A stretch of 64,000 nucleotides of DNA from the human T2T-CHM13v2.0 reference genome, Homo sapiens. Numbering within the stretch: position 1 is the first letter of the stretch; every line of letters starts with the position of its first letter. The stretch lies in the NCBI RefSeq assembly GCF_009914755.1, contig NC_060927.1. The stretch is one strand, 5' to 3'. Shown piece after piece: positions 39,952-54,920 of this stretch. Position numbers and translations under genes: made by a program. The notes beneath the pieces are model-generated. The model did not search any database. It worked only from the letters and a program-made list of their open reading frames with translations, and was not told the DNA's origin.

Positions 39952-42900
39952 AAACTCACTAGTAGAGCAGATACACAGAAAAAAAGAGAAAAGAAGCAAA
40001 ACTTATCACTACAGAAAATCACTAAACCACAATGATAAATAATAAGAGAAGAAAGAACAAAGGATATGCAAAATAACCAGAAAATAGTTAACAAAACGAC
40101 AGAAGCAAGTCATGACTTATCAATAATAACCTTGAATGTTAACAGAATAAATTCCCCACTTAAAGACATAGACTGACTTAATTGATTTAAAACAAAAGAA
40201 AACAAAAACATGATCCAACTATATGCTTTCTATAAGAAATTCACTTCACTACTAAGGATACATACAGATTAAGAGCAAAGGAATAGAAAAAGATACTCCA
40301 TGCAAATAAAAATAAAAAGCGAGCAGGAGTAGCTTTACTTGTATCAGATAAAACAGACTTTAAGTGAAAAAACTGTAAAAAGAGACAAAGAGGATCATCA
40401 TATAATGATAAAGGAATCAATTCAGCAAGAAGCTACAACAGTTATATATGCATCCAACACTGGAACACATTGATATATAAATTAAATAGTATTCAATCCA
40501 AAGGGAGAGATAGACCCCAATGCCATAATAGTTGGGGACCCCACTCTCATCACTGGATAGGCCATCTAGAAAGAAAATCAACAACGAAACATTGAGTTTA
40601 TACTGCATTTTAGCTCAAATGGACCTAGCAGACATTTACAGAACATTTCAACTGACAGTGGCAGAATACATATTATTTTCATCAGCACATGGAACATCCT
40701 CAAGGACAGATCACAAAGGCCACAAAATAAGTCTCGACAAATTTAAAAGAAGTGAAATCATATCAAGTATCTTTTCTGAACACAATGGAATAAAACTAGA
40801 AATCAATAACAAGAGGGACTTTTGGAAGCTCTATGAATACAACATGCTCCTGTATAACCAAAGACTCAATACAGAAATTAAGAAGAAAATTTAAAAATTT
40901 ATGAAAATGGAAGCACAACATATCAAAACTTATGAGATACAGCAAAAACAGTGCTAAGAGAAAAGTTTATAACAATAAACACATCAAAAGAGTAGAAAGA
41001 CTTTAAATAAATAATCTAACAGTGCAAGAACAAAAATGAAAACAAGAACAAACCAAACCCAAAATTAGTACAAGGAAAGAAATAACAAAGATCAGAGGAG
41101 AAATAAATGAAATTGAGACTAAAACTTACAAAAGATCAATTTTTAAAACTTTTTTTGAAAAGATAACAAAATTAACAAACCACGAGCTAAACTAACCAAG
41201 AAAAATGTCCCAAATAAATAAAATTAGAAACAAAAAGAGAGACCTTACAACTGATAACCCACATATACAAAAGATCATTAGAGACTAGTACAAACAACTG
41301 TACACCCACAAATTGGAAAACCAAACAGAAACAAATTCCTAGACAACCTAACAAGATTGAACCTAGAAGAAATAGAAAACCTAAACACACCAATTACAAG
41401 CAACAAGTTGAATCAATAATTTTAAAAATGTTCTATCAAAGAAAAGCCCAGGACCTGATAGCTTCACTACTGAATTCTACCAAACATTTAAAGAAGAACT
41501 AATGCCCATCCTTCTCAAACTCTTCTAGAAAATAAAAGAGAAGGGAATTCTTTCAAGCTGATTCTACAAGACCATTATTACCCTGATACCAAGCCAGATA
41601 AGGACACAACAAAAAAAGGCCAAAATCCCTGATGAACATCGATGCAAACATCCTCAACAAAATACTAGCAAGTTGAATCCAGCATCACATTAAAAAGAAC
41701 ATTCACCATGATCAAGTGGGATTTATCCCAGCGATGCAAGGACGGTTCAACATACGCTAATCAATAAATGTGATACTTCACATTAACAAAATGAAAGACA
41801 AACACCATATGATCATCTCAATAGATGCAGAAAAAGAAAAGAAAATTCAACATCCCTTCCTGATAAAAACCCTGAACAAACTAAGTATAGAATAAGTGCA
41901 CCTCAACATAGTGAAGGCCATATATGACAAATCCATACCTAACATTATACTGAACAGGGAACAGCTAAAAGCTTTTCTTCTAAGAACTAGAACAAGACCA
42001 TGATGCCCACTCCCACCACTGTTATTCAACATAACATTGGAAGTCCTAGCCAGAGCAATTAGGCAAGAGAAAGAAATAAAGGGCATTCAAAATGGAAAGG
42101 AAGAAGTCAAATTGTCCCTGTTTACAGATGACATAATCTTAAATACAGAAACCCATATAAGCTGTACCAAAACATTCTTAGAATGAGACAACAAAATCAG
42201 TAAAGTTGCAGGATACAAATTAACATACAAAAATCAGTACCATTTCTATACACCAACAATGAACTAGTGAAAAAATAAAGCAAGAAAGCAACCTTACTTA
42301 CAATAGCTACAGAAAGAAAATATAAAATACCTAGGAATAAATCTAACCAAGGAAGCAAAAGATCTCTACAATTAAATGACAGGACACTGATAAAAGAAAT
42401 TGAAGATCTGGTTACAAAAAAAGGAAAATATCCCATATTCATGAATTGGAAGAACTTATATTGTTAAAATGACAATGCTACCAAAAACAATTTACAGATT
42501 TGATGTAAACCTTTTCAAAATACCAATATCATTCTTCACAGGATTAGAAAAAATCCTAAAATTTATGTGGAACCACTGAAGACCCCAAATAGCCAAAGCA
42601 ATCCCCAGCAAAAAGAACAAAGCTGGAGGTAGCACATTATCTGACTTTAAAATATACAAGAAAGTGATAATAACTAAATCATCATGTTACTGGAGTAAAA
42701 ACAAACACATAGACCAGTGGAACAGAACAGATAAATCAGAAGTAAATCCTTTAATTATAGCAAACTGATTTTTGACAAAATGCCAAAAACATTGAGTGTG
42801 CAAAGGACAGTCTATTCATAAATGATGCTGGGAAAACTGGATATCCATATGCAGAAAAAATGAAACTAGACCTCTGTCTCTCACATATACAAGAATCAAA

Positions 42901-43840
42901 TCAAAATGGACTAAATAATTAAATGTAAGGCCTCGAACTATAAAACTAAGAGGAAAACATTGGGGAAAATGCTTCTGGGCATTGGTCTGGGCAAAGATTT
43001 TTTGGATAAGACCTCAAATATAAAGGCAACAAAGGTTAAAATAGACAAATGGGATTATATCAAGCTAAAAAGCATCTGTACAGCAAAGGAGACAATCAAC
43101 AGAATGAAGAGACAGCCCACAGAATGGGAGAAAATATTTGCAAACTATCCATTTGACAAGGGATTAATAACCAAAATATATAAGGAACTCAAACAACTCA
43201 ATAGCAGAAATGCTAATAATTCAGTTTTAAACTGGGCAAAAGACCTGAATAGACATTTCTTAAAAGGAGACATACAAATGGACAAGAGGCATATGAAAAA
43301 ATGCTCAGCATCCGTAATCCTCAGGGAAATGCAAATCACAACCACAGTGAGATACCATCTCACCACAGTTATAATGGCTACTATGAAAAAGACAAACAAT
43401 AACAGATGCTGGAGAGGATACAGTAAAAGAGGAATGCTAGTGTACTGATAGTGGGAATATAAATTAGTACAGCCATTATGGAAAACGGTATGGAGGTTCT
43501 TCAAAAAAACTAAAAATATCTACAATGTGACCCAGCAATCCTGCTGCTGGGTATATATCTGAAAGAAAGGAAATCAGGATATTGAAGAGATATCTGCATA
43601 CCCATGTTTACTGCAGCACTATTCATAATAGCCAAGATATGGAATCAACCTAAGTGTCCATCAGCTATGGATGAAAAGATAAAGAAAATGTGGTATATAC
43701 ACACAATGAAATACTATTCCGCTTATTTTATACAATTAAGCCTAAAATATATTTTAAAAAATAATAAAATCCTATTTGCAGCAACATGGAACTGGAGGTC
43801 ATTATTTTTATGTGAAATAAGCCCAACACAGACAAATATT

Positions 43841-44139
43841 GGCTGGGCTAAGTGGCTCATATCTGGAATCCCAGCAATTTGGGAGGCTGAGGGAGGATTA
43901 TTTGAGCCCAGGAGTTTGAGACCAGCCTGGGTAATATGGCAAGATTCTATCTCTATAAAAAAATTAACTGGCTGTCCTAGCTACTTGGAAGACCAAAGTG
44001 GGAAGATCGCTTGAGCCCAGAAAATTGAGGCTGCAGAGGGCCGTGTCTGTGCCATTTTAACTTTACTCCAGCCTAGGTGACAGACTGAGACCCTTTCTCA
44101 AAAAAAAAAAAAAGAAGAAGAAGAAAAATAATAAGAATG
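43841..44139 (+). mobile_element. AluJ with internal deletion, inside the L1MA 3' end
   Basis: J-type tttgagcccaggagtttgagaccagcctggg; perfect 13-bp TSD acagacaaatatt at 43828-43840 and 44140-44152. Confidence 0.9.
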
Positions 44140-44694
44140 ACAGACAAATATTACATTCTCTCACTCCTATGTGGAAGCTTAAAAGTGTGGATCTCATGGA
44201 GGTAGAAAGTTGATGGGTGCTACTAGAGCCTGGAAAGGGTGGCAAGAGGGGTGAAGAGAGGTTGGTTAATAGATATAAAAAGACAGCTAGATAGAAGGAA
44301 TAAGTTCTAGTGTTTGATAGCACAGCAGGGTGATTATAGTTAACAATAATTTGTTACATATTTCAAAATAGCTGCAAGAGAGAATTTGAAATGTTCCTAA
44401 CACAAAGAAATGATAAATGTTCAAGGTGCTGGATATCCTAATTACCTTGATTTGATCATTGCACGTTGTATGCATGTACTAAAGTATCACATGAGCCTAT
44501 AAATATGTATAATTATTATGTATCAATAATAAAAAACATTAAGTTTAAAATATATCTTTAATAAATTAAACTTTTGTTAAAAGCCCAAATTATAGTAAAT
44601 AAACCCTTCTGCATACAAAAAGTGATCTATTAGCCACTGAAAATCTTATAAGAGAGTTTTTATGACAGACTTATGAGCAATAATAAGTATTTTA

Positions 44695-45255
44695 AAATAT
44701 AAATCAGATCATGTCATGCCTTGGCCTAAAACTCTTCATTGTTTAACAGTTACTCTTATGAGAAATTCCAGTCTCCCAGCCAAGGTCTATGAAACTCTTC
44801 AAAATTGACTCTTGTCCACTTCTACCTCCTCACCAATTATCAACCTCACTACCCCAGTCACTTTGGCCTTTTTTCCTCTTTCTGATACATCATGAGCTTA
44901 TTATGGCAACAAGTCTTTTATATTTGTTAACTTCTCTACCTGGAGTACTTTTCCCAAAATATTTTGCAAGGTGGGCTCTTGCTTGACATTTAACTCTCAG
45001 CTCAAATATCACCTCCTCCAGATGCCTCCTCTAATTGTCCTTTACACCAATAACCTCTGACACATTCATATGTTTTACAGTCTTAGGAATATCCTCAATG
45101 CCTGACTTACCATATTCATTTATTGGCTCCCATATTTATTTCCCCCTCTCCCAAATAAAATAAAAGCTCAATGAGAGCAATATCTTGTCTTTCCTAAACC
45201 ATTGCTTGGCACATATTAAATGCTCAATAAATATCTGTTGCACAAATGAATAAAC
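44695..45255 (+). mobile_element. L2 3' region
   Basis: aaatcagatcatgtca...tctcagctcaaatatcacctcctc...cttggcacatattaaatgctcaataaatatctgttg. Confidence 0.85.
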
Positions 45256-46550
45256 TTAAATAAATAAAACACATCTTTGCCTTAATACCAAGTTATTTTT
45301 AAATCATATCCTTATGTAATATCGAATCCATAAGACTCAATTATCTGGGGTTTATTTGACAAATTTGATTATCTTATTTGGGGGTTAATACCATGAATGG
45401 CTAAAAATAGGCCAATTGCCAAGCAGAGCACACAAGCAAATATGATCCCTCCCCAGGATGCTTGCCATCCAAATTACAAGCATTGAAAAATCTTGGCAAG
45501 GCGCCTATGCTAATAAGAAAGTGATCCAATATTCATGAGAAGAACTTGAAAAACTATTATTTTTGCCTGCAATCTTCTTGGCTTTTCCATAATTAATATG
45601 TCATTATCATCAGAAGGCTAAGAGATCAAGAGTGGTAAAAGCAACCTTTCATGTAATACTCATAGGGACAATGGTATTTAGCAAATATCACATTGACTTC
45701 TGGTAAGAGAAATAATCCAGAATCTGTGGTTGCTAGAAACCTAGTATATGGAAAAAATAGAGGGGCAGTTGGCATCAAGACAGAAAGGTAGGGTTTTAAA
45801 GCTGATCTAGAGGTAGAAAAAAACACATTCTAGAGATTCCTGAAGAAACAAATTCCAAGTACTCATTGTCATGAAAAACGGTATGATGGAGTCCTACCCT
45901 CTGTCTGTATTGTTCTTTTTTAAATAGATCTTCCTGGTTAGGTCAGGAAGAAGCTATTCTTGAATGCCAGTTAATACATTCCTCCATTTACTCAACATTC
46001 TATCCCTACACCAAATTAGCTCAGTAGAAAGGCTATCTAGACTATCTACTACCTAGGTCATAATACATTAGCAACCTGTACAAATGTCTTTTCAGAGTTC
46101 CAGTTTATAGCATGCCGTGGTTTGTTATCCAGGGTGAATCTAGGAAACAATTAGATCTATAATCTCACAGCAAACTTCATTTGACTATATTTGCAAATGT
46201 TATCAACTATGTTATTTTTTTACCATCATATATATAACGATTGATATAAAAAGTTTTTCTTACAGTTAGGAAAAATTTGTCTCTCCTGACAAAGTGGTAT
46301 TCTTCCTTTTGCAACTAATGGCAGTTATGTAACTTGCTTCTCTTAGATGGCCTTGGCCATCTAAGAAGCTCAGAGCAGAACTAACTTGTTTAGGTCGTCT
46401 AGAATGACTTCTTCCGATCCCTATTTTTCTCTGCTTAAACTTGTTGTTCAGTTCTGTTAGGACTTTTGTTTTGTTTTGTTTTTTACATATATGCCTTTTC
46501 TCATTAGTTGGTTAAAATACGCTTTTAAAGTGTATAAGATAAAAATAGTA

Positions 46551-46932
<382 letters not shown>

Positions 46933-48111
46933 TCAAGAAATCAGTCACAGCTGAGGTAGTGCCAGGAATTTGGTGTGGGGGACAGGAGGAGACAAGCAAA
47001 GACTATTTAAAAACAATGAATTTTAGCCTGTCTATAAGTACTCTTTTCTATGAAAACATAAAAGGAAATTTCCCTTACAAATGTTGATTGATAAACATGA
47101 ACGTCTATATGGAAAATAATGCGATATCTGAGCTAAAAGGACTCTTAGTGAACTCTGATCCAATCTCCTTGATTTGAGGATAGGGAAAAGTGTAATCCCT
47201 AAAAGATTAAATGATATTTCCAAAGAAACAACAAGTTGGTAATTAAGTCCGGCCTGAAATCTGGGGCTTCTGCTTCCCAGGTTATGAGCTTTCTAACACT
47301 CCAAGAACTGTGAACCCTGGAGGGAAGGTTGTAATCTGACTTTAACTCCTGAGGACATGTGGATATGCCCTTCAGGGTCCAGGGACATTTGGGTTGCACA
47401 TTAACAGTTAAAATATGCTAAAGCACCGCATTTTCTCCAACTCCATTCAATGCCTAAGGTTTATTGTTTGTTCAGTTTTAGCCAACTATATTTCCTGAGT
47501 GTTTCAAAAGGCAGCAAGGTGGCGAGGATACAAGGGAAAGCCGCTACACATTCAACATAGGAATACAAAGATTATAGTAGAATTCTACGCATCCAATTCC
47601 AATTCAAATTTCTTCTGGGGTCAGTGTCAGTATCTCCCACTTCCTCCTGACACATCCTGAGCTGAAGATCCCTTTTAAATTTTCTTTCTAAGAAAAAAAA
47701 AAATATAGGTTTATTGATCTCCTTTAAATGATAGCTTTAGAATAACATGTCAAATTATTTCTGTTTCTTGACTTATTCTAGGAAAAAAGACAAAGAAATA
47801 AGATATTCATATAAATGAAAAGTTTCACAGCCGGCAACCAACTAATTGGTATATATTTAAACACATTTAAGATATTACTTGATTACATTCAATAGGCATA
47901 ATGTCCATATAAGAACAATGGTTTTGTTTGGAACATATAAAAGTGATAGTTCTGTAACATGTATTTATTTAACTTTTTATTTTGAGATAATTATAGATTC
48001 ACTTGCAGTGGTAAGAAATAATATAGACAGATCTTTTGTATCCATCACCCAGTTTCTCCCAATGGTAAATCAAGATATTGACATTGATACAATCCACCTC
48101 AGATTTCACCA

Positions 48112-48642
48112 TGTTAGATATAAGTTCTAAATTTCTCATCAAAGAATAAATATGCCAGTATGTTCAATTCTTTGCCTTCTACTTTTAAACTTAACTTCCT
48201 CGTAAAGTAACCTTTTTCGATTACCTACTCCACCCCGACTCATTCCAATTCCTACTCCACCCCAACTCATTCCGATCACCTACTCCACCCTGACTCATTC
48301 TGATTACCTGCTACCTGCTCTGCCCTGACTCATTCTCCACGCTGCATAACCATTTTTTTTCCCTCCAAAGCACTCACCCCCTCACTCTCTTTAAATTAGC
48401 CAATTGGAATTAGTTTCGCCTGCGTGGTCTAATCCTAGCCAACAGGGGAACGACACGGCAGCAGGGGCCATGTGCCTCAGGGATAAGAACACCTTCCCCT
48501 CCCTTGTCCAAGTGTGCGCTCACCATTGTTCCATCTGTAAGGGCGTACCCTTCTGTAGAAGTAACTTGCCTTGCTGAGAATTAAAAGAAAATTTTATATT
48601 CGATGCCGTTTCTTTTGCGGCACCGAAACTTTATATATAACA
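48112..48642 (+). mobile_element. LTR10A/F-type (HERVIP10, ERV1) solo LTR with internal ~28-bp repeat
   Basis: TG...CA termini (tgttagatataagttctaaatttctc ... caccgaaactttatatataaca); 4-bp TSD acca at 48108-48111 and 48643-48646; four repeat units at 48218-48335. Confidence 0.88.
48218..48335 (+). promoter_or_regulatory. AP-1 motif repeat within LTR10 (candidate enhancer)
   Basis: TGACTCA at 48291-48297 and 48326-48332; variants CGACTCA 48236-48242 and CAACTCA 48263-48269; activity itself not shown by sequence. Confidence 0.55.
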
Positions 48643-49261
48643 ACCACTTTGACATTCATTTATATAAAGATCAATTTTTAATAGCTACAATCTATAGAGC
48701 ACTTCTATATGCCAGACCAACTGCTCACTGATGAACAAACATTCTTCTAGTTCATTCCTACAAAAAACAATTTACCAGTGGAGGCAATAGTGAGGACTGT
48801 AGCTTAGAAGCTTTCATGCTACAATGTAGTATATGCTACAGTGTAGTACCCTATAGCTGTATGGGTGGTTCATTTTAAAAATTGTATATGCAGCCATTCC
48901 TCAATAGGCTCAAAATAAATATTGACAGAAATAGGTAAGTAAATCAAAAGAGAAAATCAAAGCCAGGAATCAAAAGAAGAGGCAAATTGGGTTAATATGA
49001 TTCAATTTACGTCTGGGCTTCTTGGTAGACAGGACAAAAAGGTAAACAGAATGAGATATGCAATCCTTTTTGTCAAAAGGGGAAACTCATATTGATCCTT
49101 TAAGATATAGATGTTTAAAAATATGTCTATGTCTGTGCACATACCCTTATGCTAGCTCCAGCTCAGTTTTTTAAAATAATCTTTTCAGTCAGAGTTTATG
49201 AACATCCAAATAAAACTGTGTCAACACATGCTTAATACATCAGTAAAACTATTTTTAATAA

Positions 49262-49718
49262 TGTACTCTCCTATTGAATATGGGTTGGTTTTCTGACTTG
49301 CTATGGCCCATTGAGTGCACAGATGTCACAGTGTTCTACTTCCAGGTAGTCCTTAACAAGGCTGGCAGCTTCTACTTTGAAACTTTCCAAAAAATTAGCT
49401 TCCATGATGTAAAAAAAAAAAAAAAAAAGGCCAATCCAGAATACTACATGATAAACACTTGTGAAGAGACTGAGGTCATGTGCACAGCACCAATGCACAG
49501 ATACGAGTGAATCCGTTGATCTTCCAGGGCAGCATAGCCGAAAGCTGAATGCAGCCTAGTGATTGACCCAGCCTACACCAAATGGAGCGGAACAACTACC
49601 CAGCCAAGCCACGCCCCAATTCCTGACCTACAGAACCTTGAAAAATAATGAATCACTGTTGGTTTAAGCAACAGAAGTTTTGAGGTAGTCTATTACACAG
49701 CAATCAATAACTGAAACA
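49262..49718 (+). mobile_element. MLT1H/G-type MaLR LTR
   Basis: agctgaatgcagcctagtgattgaccc...aactacccagccaagcc...aattcctgacctacagaa...tattacacagcaatcaataactgaaaca. Confidence 0.75.
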
Positions 49719-50381
49719 ATAACCCAAACTGATAACCTGAAAATTCATTTTGTAAACCTGCATCTAAACTTGGTACAATAATTAAACATTTTCTGTGCAA
49801 GTAGTCCCTCTTATATGACTAGAATGTGTGGAATGCCTAGGAGCAGCTTTTCCAAATGAATTCATCAATAAACATAAAACATAAAATGAACTGCTCTAGT
49901 TTTCCCAGAGATTCTGCCTAGAACAGACTGCCCTAGGACAGATGATTAAGTTAGTTTGGGTCCAATTCATGACTACATAACATGGAGTTAGTTATGTCTT
50001 AGGCTACGTCCCTTCAGGCAACTTGGAGCCTCCCAGGGTTAAAGAAGCTCTGCCAAAACTCAAAATCAATAGGGCCATTTAAATGATGACATCCCCAGTG
50101 GGTAAAGATATTTGACTCCACACATCAATGGCATGAGCTACTGTCATGGGCATTCGTCAATAGGTTGAAGATCTCATTAAAGCTTTTTAATTTCTGCTTA
50201 GTGGTATTAGGATTTAATTGATGCCAAAGACACTGCCTGTCACTATACAGTGATGTTGTGGCAGTCAGTAGAGAATGTCTTACACACAGTCCTAGAAGAC
50301 CTTCCTAGAAAGGCCAGGGCAGTTCTACTGGCTGCATTTCCTGGCTTGACAGGCTACTGCTACTTTATAGTAGCTCTCTCT

Positions 50382-50870
50382 ATGTTGTTCTACCTTCCCA
50401 TCATCCGTGCACCCATCTTCTTTTACCAGCAACCCAATTTTCTGAAAAACTACTCCATCTTTATTCTTAGTCCATGTTGCTCAGAAGGGTTTGATTCTAC
50501 CCACAGCTTCAGGCATGGGCACACCACCCAGATCAGGTTGATCACCCTGGACATATAACTCAAGACAGTGTCAATGAGATCAAAACTTTGAACTCTCACC
50601 AATACTATTGGAAATGAGAAACTCTATTGTTTCCCACTGGGTTGCTAAACTGGTAGAATGGAATGGGTATATATAACTGACAGCCTTTTTGCCATTCCAG
50701 GGAGATAAACCCTAAGAACAAACAATGCATAGATCACTTGATCTTCTGGATCCAGCAGTTCTAGAAGTCATACGTGTCTATATTTTTTCAGTATATAAGC
50801 CAATAAAATATCATTTTCATCTAGGCTGTTTTGAGTTGTATTTGCTATCTCTTGCAATCATTCTCAGAAA
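50382..50870 (+). mobile_element. MLT1K-type MaLR LTR
   Basis: ttcttagtccatgttgctcag...cagcttcaggcatgggcac...ctggatccagcagttctagaag...taagccaataaaa. Confidence 0.6.
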
Positions 50871-52175
50871 CTGCCAAAAGATGGGCTGCTGCACAACTAT
50901 GGGATGATGGAATGCCATTTATTTTCTGGGACAGTGCAATTTATTACAATTTATTACACTCCCTTTCTGAGCCATAGATCAGAAAGTACCCGGGCGTTAA
51001 GACAACAGCACTTCAAAAAACAATATCATACTTGATCTTCATAAAGTTAAGTGAGCAAACAAGGAAACTAAGACATTAATGAGACATGTGGTTCAAAAGT
51101 CATCCATCAAATCAAATATGGCACCAAGACTGGAAACCAAGTCTTCATGAAATGCGAGGTTTCTGTTGCTTGAATCAATGGACCTTAAAGGTGATTTGGT
51201 CTTATGGCTCCCCAATGTCAGTCCATGGATTGGGATCTGTTGCCAGAGTATGTTCAAATCATCAATAGTCCACAGAGTAATGAGAAAAATAAAGAAACTT
51301 TGATAGGTTTTAATGGAGCAATTTCATTTCACTTTTAAAGCCTGAAATTTCATCCTTCCAGGTTTGTTTGGTTTTTTCTTTTGGTGTTAACATATCCTCT
51401 TTTTGAAATAATAGCAATAGTAGATGTAAATCATCTTTTTTGGCTAAATATAAAGTAAGCAAGCCCATAGCCTCCCCTGGAAGGCACTGCCATTGTTTCC
51501 AATACTCTCAGCTTTAACACTGACAGCTACCCTTGCTCTCTTTCTCACTGACACCCACCAACTCAACCAGCCCTCTCCCACCACACACCCTTTCTCAGGT
51601 CACCTCTGTGCTCTCCACCCTTGGAGCTTTACCTCTGGGTAATTCCCTTGTCTTTTGTAATGTATATTAGAGTGTATATTAGAGTGTAATGTATATTAGA
51701 CGTCTATAACTCCTGCTATTACTCTGCTCAGCACCTTCTTAGGACAGAAGCAGCTATCCTTTCTCCTGAGAAGGTGGGAAAAAGGCAAATTATGCATACT
51801 TATAAATAAATATTTGTTGGTCTCAAACAAGTAAATTTATAAACATTGATACTAACATTACTGGAAGCATAAAAGCATTAGAAAGACATTAAATGCCCTA
51901 CAGTAGAGTGAAAATTAAATTCTGCCATCTAGGAGAATAGTATTTAGTCATTAAAGTTATGATTATAAATACTTTGTAATAATATGCGTAAATGCATATG
52001 ATATAAGGTTAAGTGAAAAGATACATAACTACAAAATACAACTATGTTAAAATATCCATGCATGGATTAAAAAAATACAGATTTAACTGCATAGTGGAGT
52101 TACCGGTAATGTCTACTTTTATATTTATAGAAATCTCTGTTGTCCAGATTTTCTGCAATGGGTACATATGACTTT

Positions 52176-52641
52176 TGATGGGGTTCAGAACATGCTACCA
52201 CAAAACATGGCACCTTGGCATTTTGAATATTTTAAGCTGAAGGAGTCTGAGAAACAGCATGTGCTGGAAGGACTCTCTGAAGCAGGTCAGAAGCCCCTTG
52301 TGTGAGAGGTCCCTCCCTAAACCCAGAGAAAAGGAGCATCCTTATCTCTGAAGATGGAGGGACACACGGAGAAGAAACTCCAGGAACCAGCCTTGGTAAG
52401 TTTCCCCTAGTTTACTACACTTAGTTCATATGCTTTTCCACAAGTTTCCACTCTTCATCAAACCTAGTATAAAAGCACTCAGGTTTAACTGATTCATCAG
52501 ATTTTCCTTCCTTATGAATGCTCTCGTGACACATAAAACTTGTATTAAATACATTTGTATGCTTTTCTCTTATTAATCTGTCTTTTGTTATAGAGCCCTA
52601 GCCAAGAAACTAAAATGGTTAAAGGGAAGATTTTTCCTACA
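52176..52641 (+). mobile_element. MER34-family (ERV1) solo LTR
   Basis: tgatggggttcagaacatgctaccacaaaacatggcaccttggcattttgaatattttaagctgaagg...cctaca; TATAAAAG near 52468; 4-bp TSD cttt at 52172-52175 and 52642-52645. Confidence 0.85.
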
Positions 52642-54802
52642 CTTTAAAGTGTACAAATATATATTTATTAAAGTTAGTTCCAATTATTATGTAGCCAATA
52701 TTTACTGATTACTCTACTCTGTAGATGCCAAGAAAGCCATACTCTTTCCTGATAGTTTCCTTTGTGTGACAAGATTTGCCACAGATGTAGGCAATGTTGG
52801 TATTATACTTTTCTTGACAGCTAGAATAACTTCTGCTAAGCTAGGCAACCACATCTCTCCAAGCCATCCTTAATGCCTAATGACTGCCACTGCACCTGAC
52901 CTAGCTCCAGGGCTGACCCTTTCATGTTTACCCCAAGGCCATGCCCATCTGGGAAACCACCTGGGCAGGTACCTTCCAACCAAATTAAAGTCAAGGATTC
53001 CATCCACTATCACTAAACTAGCACAAACCAAGAGAGAGAAATCAAGGCACCACATAGGGGTTAGGACAAGTAATCAAAGTCAGGTAGAAATCCCAGAAGG
53101 GTGGTATACAATTTATATTTCCCTAGTGAGGCCCATTCTAGAATAATGGGAAAGGTTCACTGTTGTCAGAATGCCAAGAATGAATTCTCTGAATCTGGCC
53201 TCCCCTGAAATCAACACTTAGGTTCTGACAACCTCTAAATTCATCCTCACTAACTACATCAAACATTTAGCATGCTTTTTATTGTGGGGATGGGGGTTGC
53301 TTTTGTTTGATTTGGTTTATCTGGCATCTGAAACAAAAGATGGGAAAGGATGACATTCATTCTTAACCTCGTGCATAGTTAACCACATCAAAAAAGGCTA
53401 TTGTTAGATACAAATAAACGTTAACATACATTAGTTCCAAAAGGCTAAAGCCTTTCAGGTGAACATTATTGGACACTTTCTCCCCTGTGCCAGACAAAAC
53501 TATGCATGGCTTATTCCCAGAGTCACCCCGTCCTTTCCAAGGCATTCTATGCTGCCTCAGGGATGCAAACAATTATGGTACTTCCAGGAGAGAAGGAGCA
53601 CATAAATTCTGTCACCCCTTGACCCCAGGATCCAATTTCACAGCAATGGGTGAAAGGATTTTTTAGTCAAGAGATGATGTGAGACGCACAGATACCCCTT
53701 GGAGTCATTTGGGTGACAGCATTAAAGAGAATGAAATGAGCTATCTTGAAATGGAGGCCAAGTGCAGTCACTGCATCTGGAAAGTTAGGCTCCTTGATAT
53801 TCAAAGCTCTGGGGCTCGGCAAAAAATTCAAAGAGCTTTTAGTATTCAAAACAAAACAAAAAAAACAAACAAAAAAACAAAAAACACTCTTTAAAAAATT
53901 AAAATATTCAAAACTGTGGAAAACTTGCAAGAATCATATCATGAACATCCCATACTGTCTTCCCAAGATTCATCCATTTGCTATTATTTTGCCATATTTG
54001 CTTTATCTCTTCCTCCTCCTCTGCTCCCCTTCCCTCAAACAAACAAATGAAAAGTGGTTTTTGCTAAACCATTTCGGTGTAGGTGTGAACATTAAAAGCT
54101 TCTAGGAATTACAATAGTCTCTCACACATACAATGATCAAAATCAGGGACTTTAACGTTGATAGAATACTATCTTACACGTAGTCCATATTTACTTTTCT
54201 TCAATCCCGAGTGTCCTGTATGGCCACTTTCCTCCAGTCTAGGATCGCACTGGCTTTTAGCTGTCATGTCTCTTTAGCCTCCTTGAAGCTGGAATACTTT
54301 CTCAGCCTTCCTTTGCCCATCATGTCATTAACATTCTTGAAGAGGACAGGCCTGTGGCTTTTCAGAGAATCTATGCTGGTCTGACTGTTATATGAGGATT
54401 AGATTCATAGTACATCTTTTTGAAAGGCATACTACCTAAGTGATAGCATATCCTTCTCATTGCATTACATCAGTTGGCACCTGATGAAACTTGGTCCCAT
54501 TCTTGATGTGTTAACCTTGATTCCTTAAATAAGGTGTTTTCTGCCAGATTACCTCACTGTATGTGTGTGTATGTGCAGGTATTCCTCTTTTTCCCTTTTA
54601 TAATTAATAATGTATGGGAAGACTTTTTTCTGACTGTGTAAACACCCTGCTAATCAACAAGCTTTCACTCAATGGTTTAACACCTATTGACAATTCTACT
54701 CTGAATCAATTATTACTATAATAGTTGTAAAAAAGTGATTTTTCTAACTCTATTATTTCTTTCACAGCAATTAGTTGGTTTTCTAGTGCAAGAAACAGCT
54801 GC

Positions 54803-54844
54803 CCTTTCTCCCTTCTTTCCTTCCTTTCCCTCCTTCCTTCCTTC

Positions 54845-54912
<68 letters not shown>

Positions 54913-54920
54913 TTTCTTTT
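54803..54920. repeat. (TTCC)n-(TTTC)n polypyrimidine tract
   Basis: About 16 TTTC units at 54846-54909 preceded by TTCC units. Confidence 0.95.

Noticed and set aside
52188-52212. p53-like half sites (gaacatgcta, aaacatggca) in the MER34 LTR
   Set aside because: Both imperfect and spaced apart; not supportable from sequence alone
53162-53232. 10-bp inverted repeat gttgtcagaa / ttctgacaac; similar 9-bp stem at 24771-24796
   Set aside because: Short arms; expected by chance in a window this size
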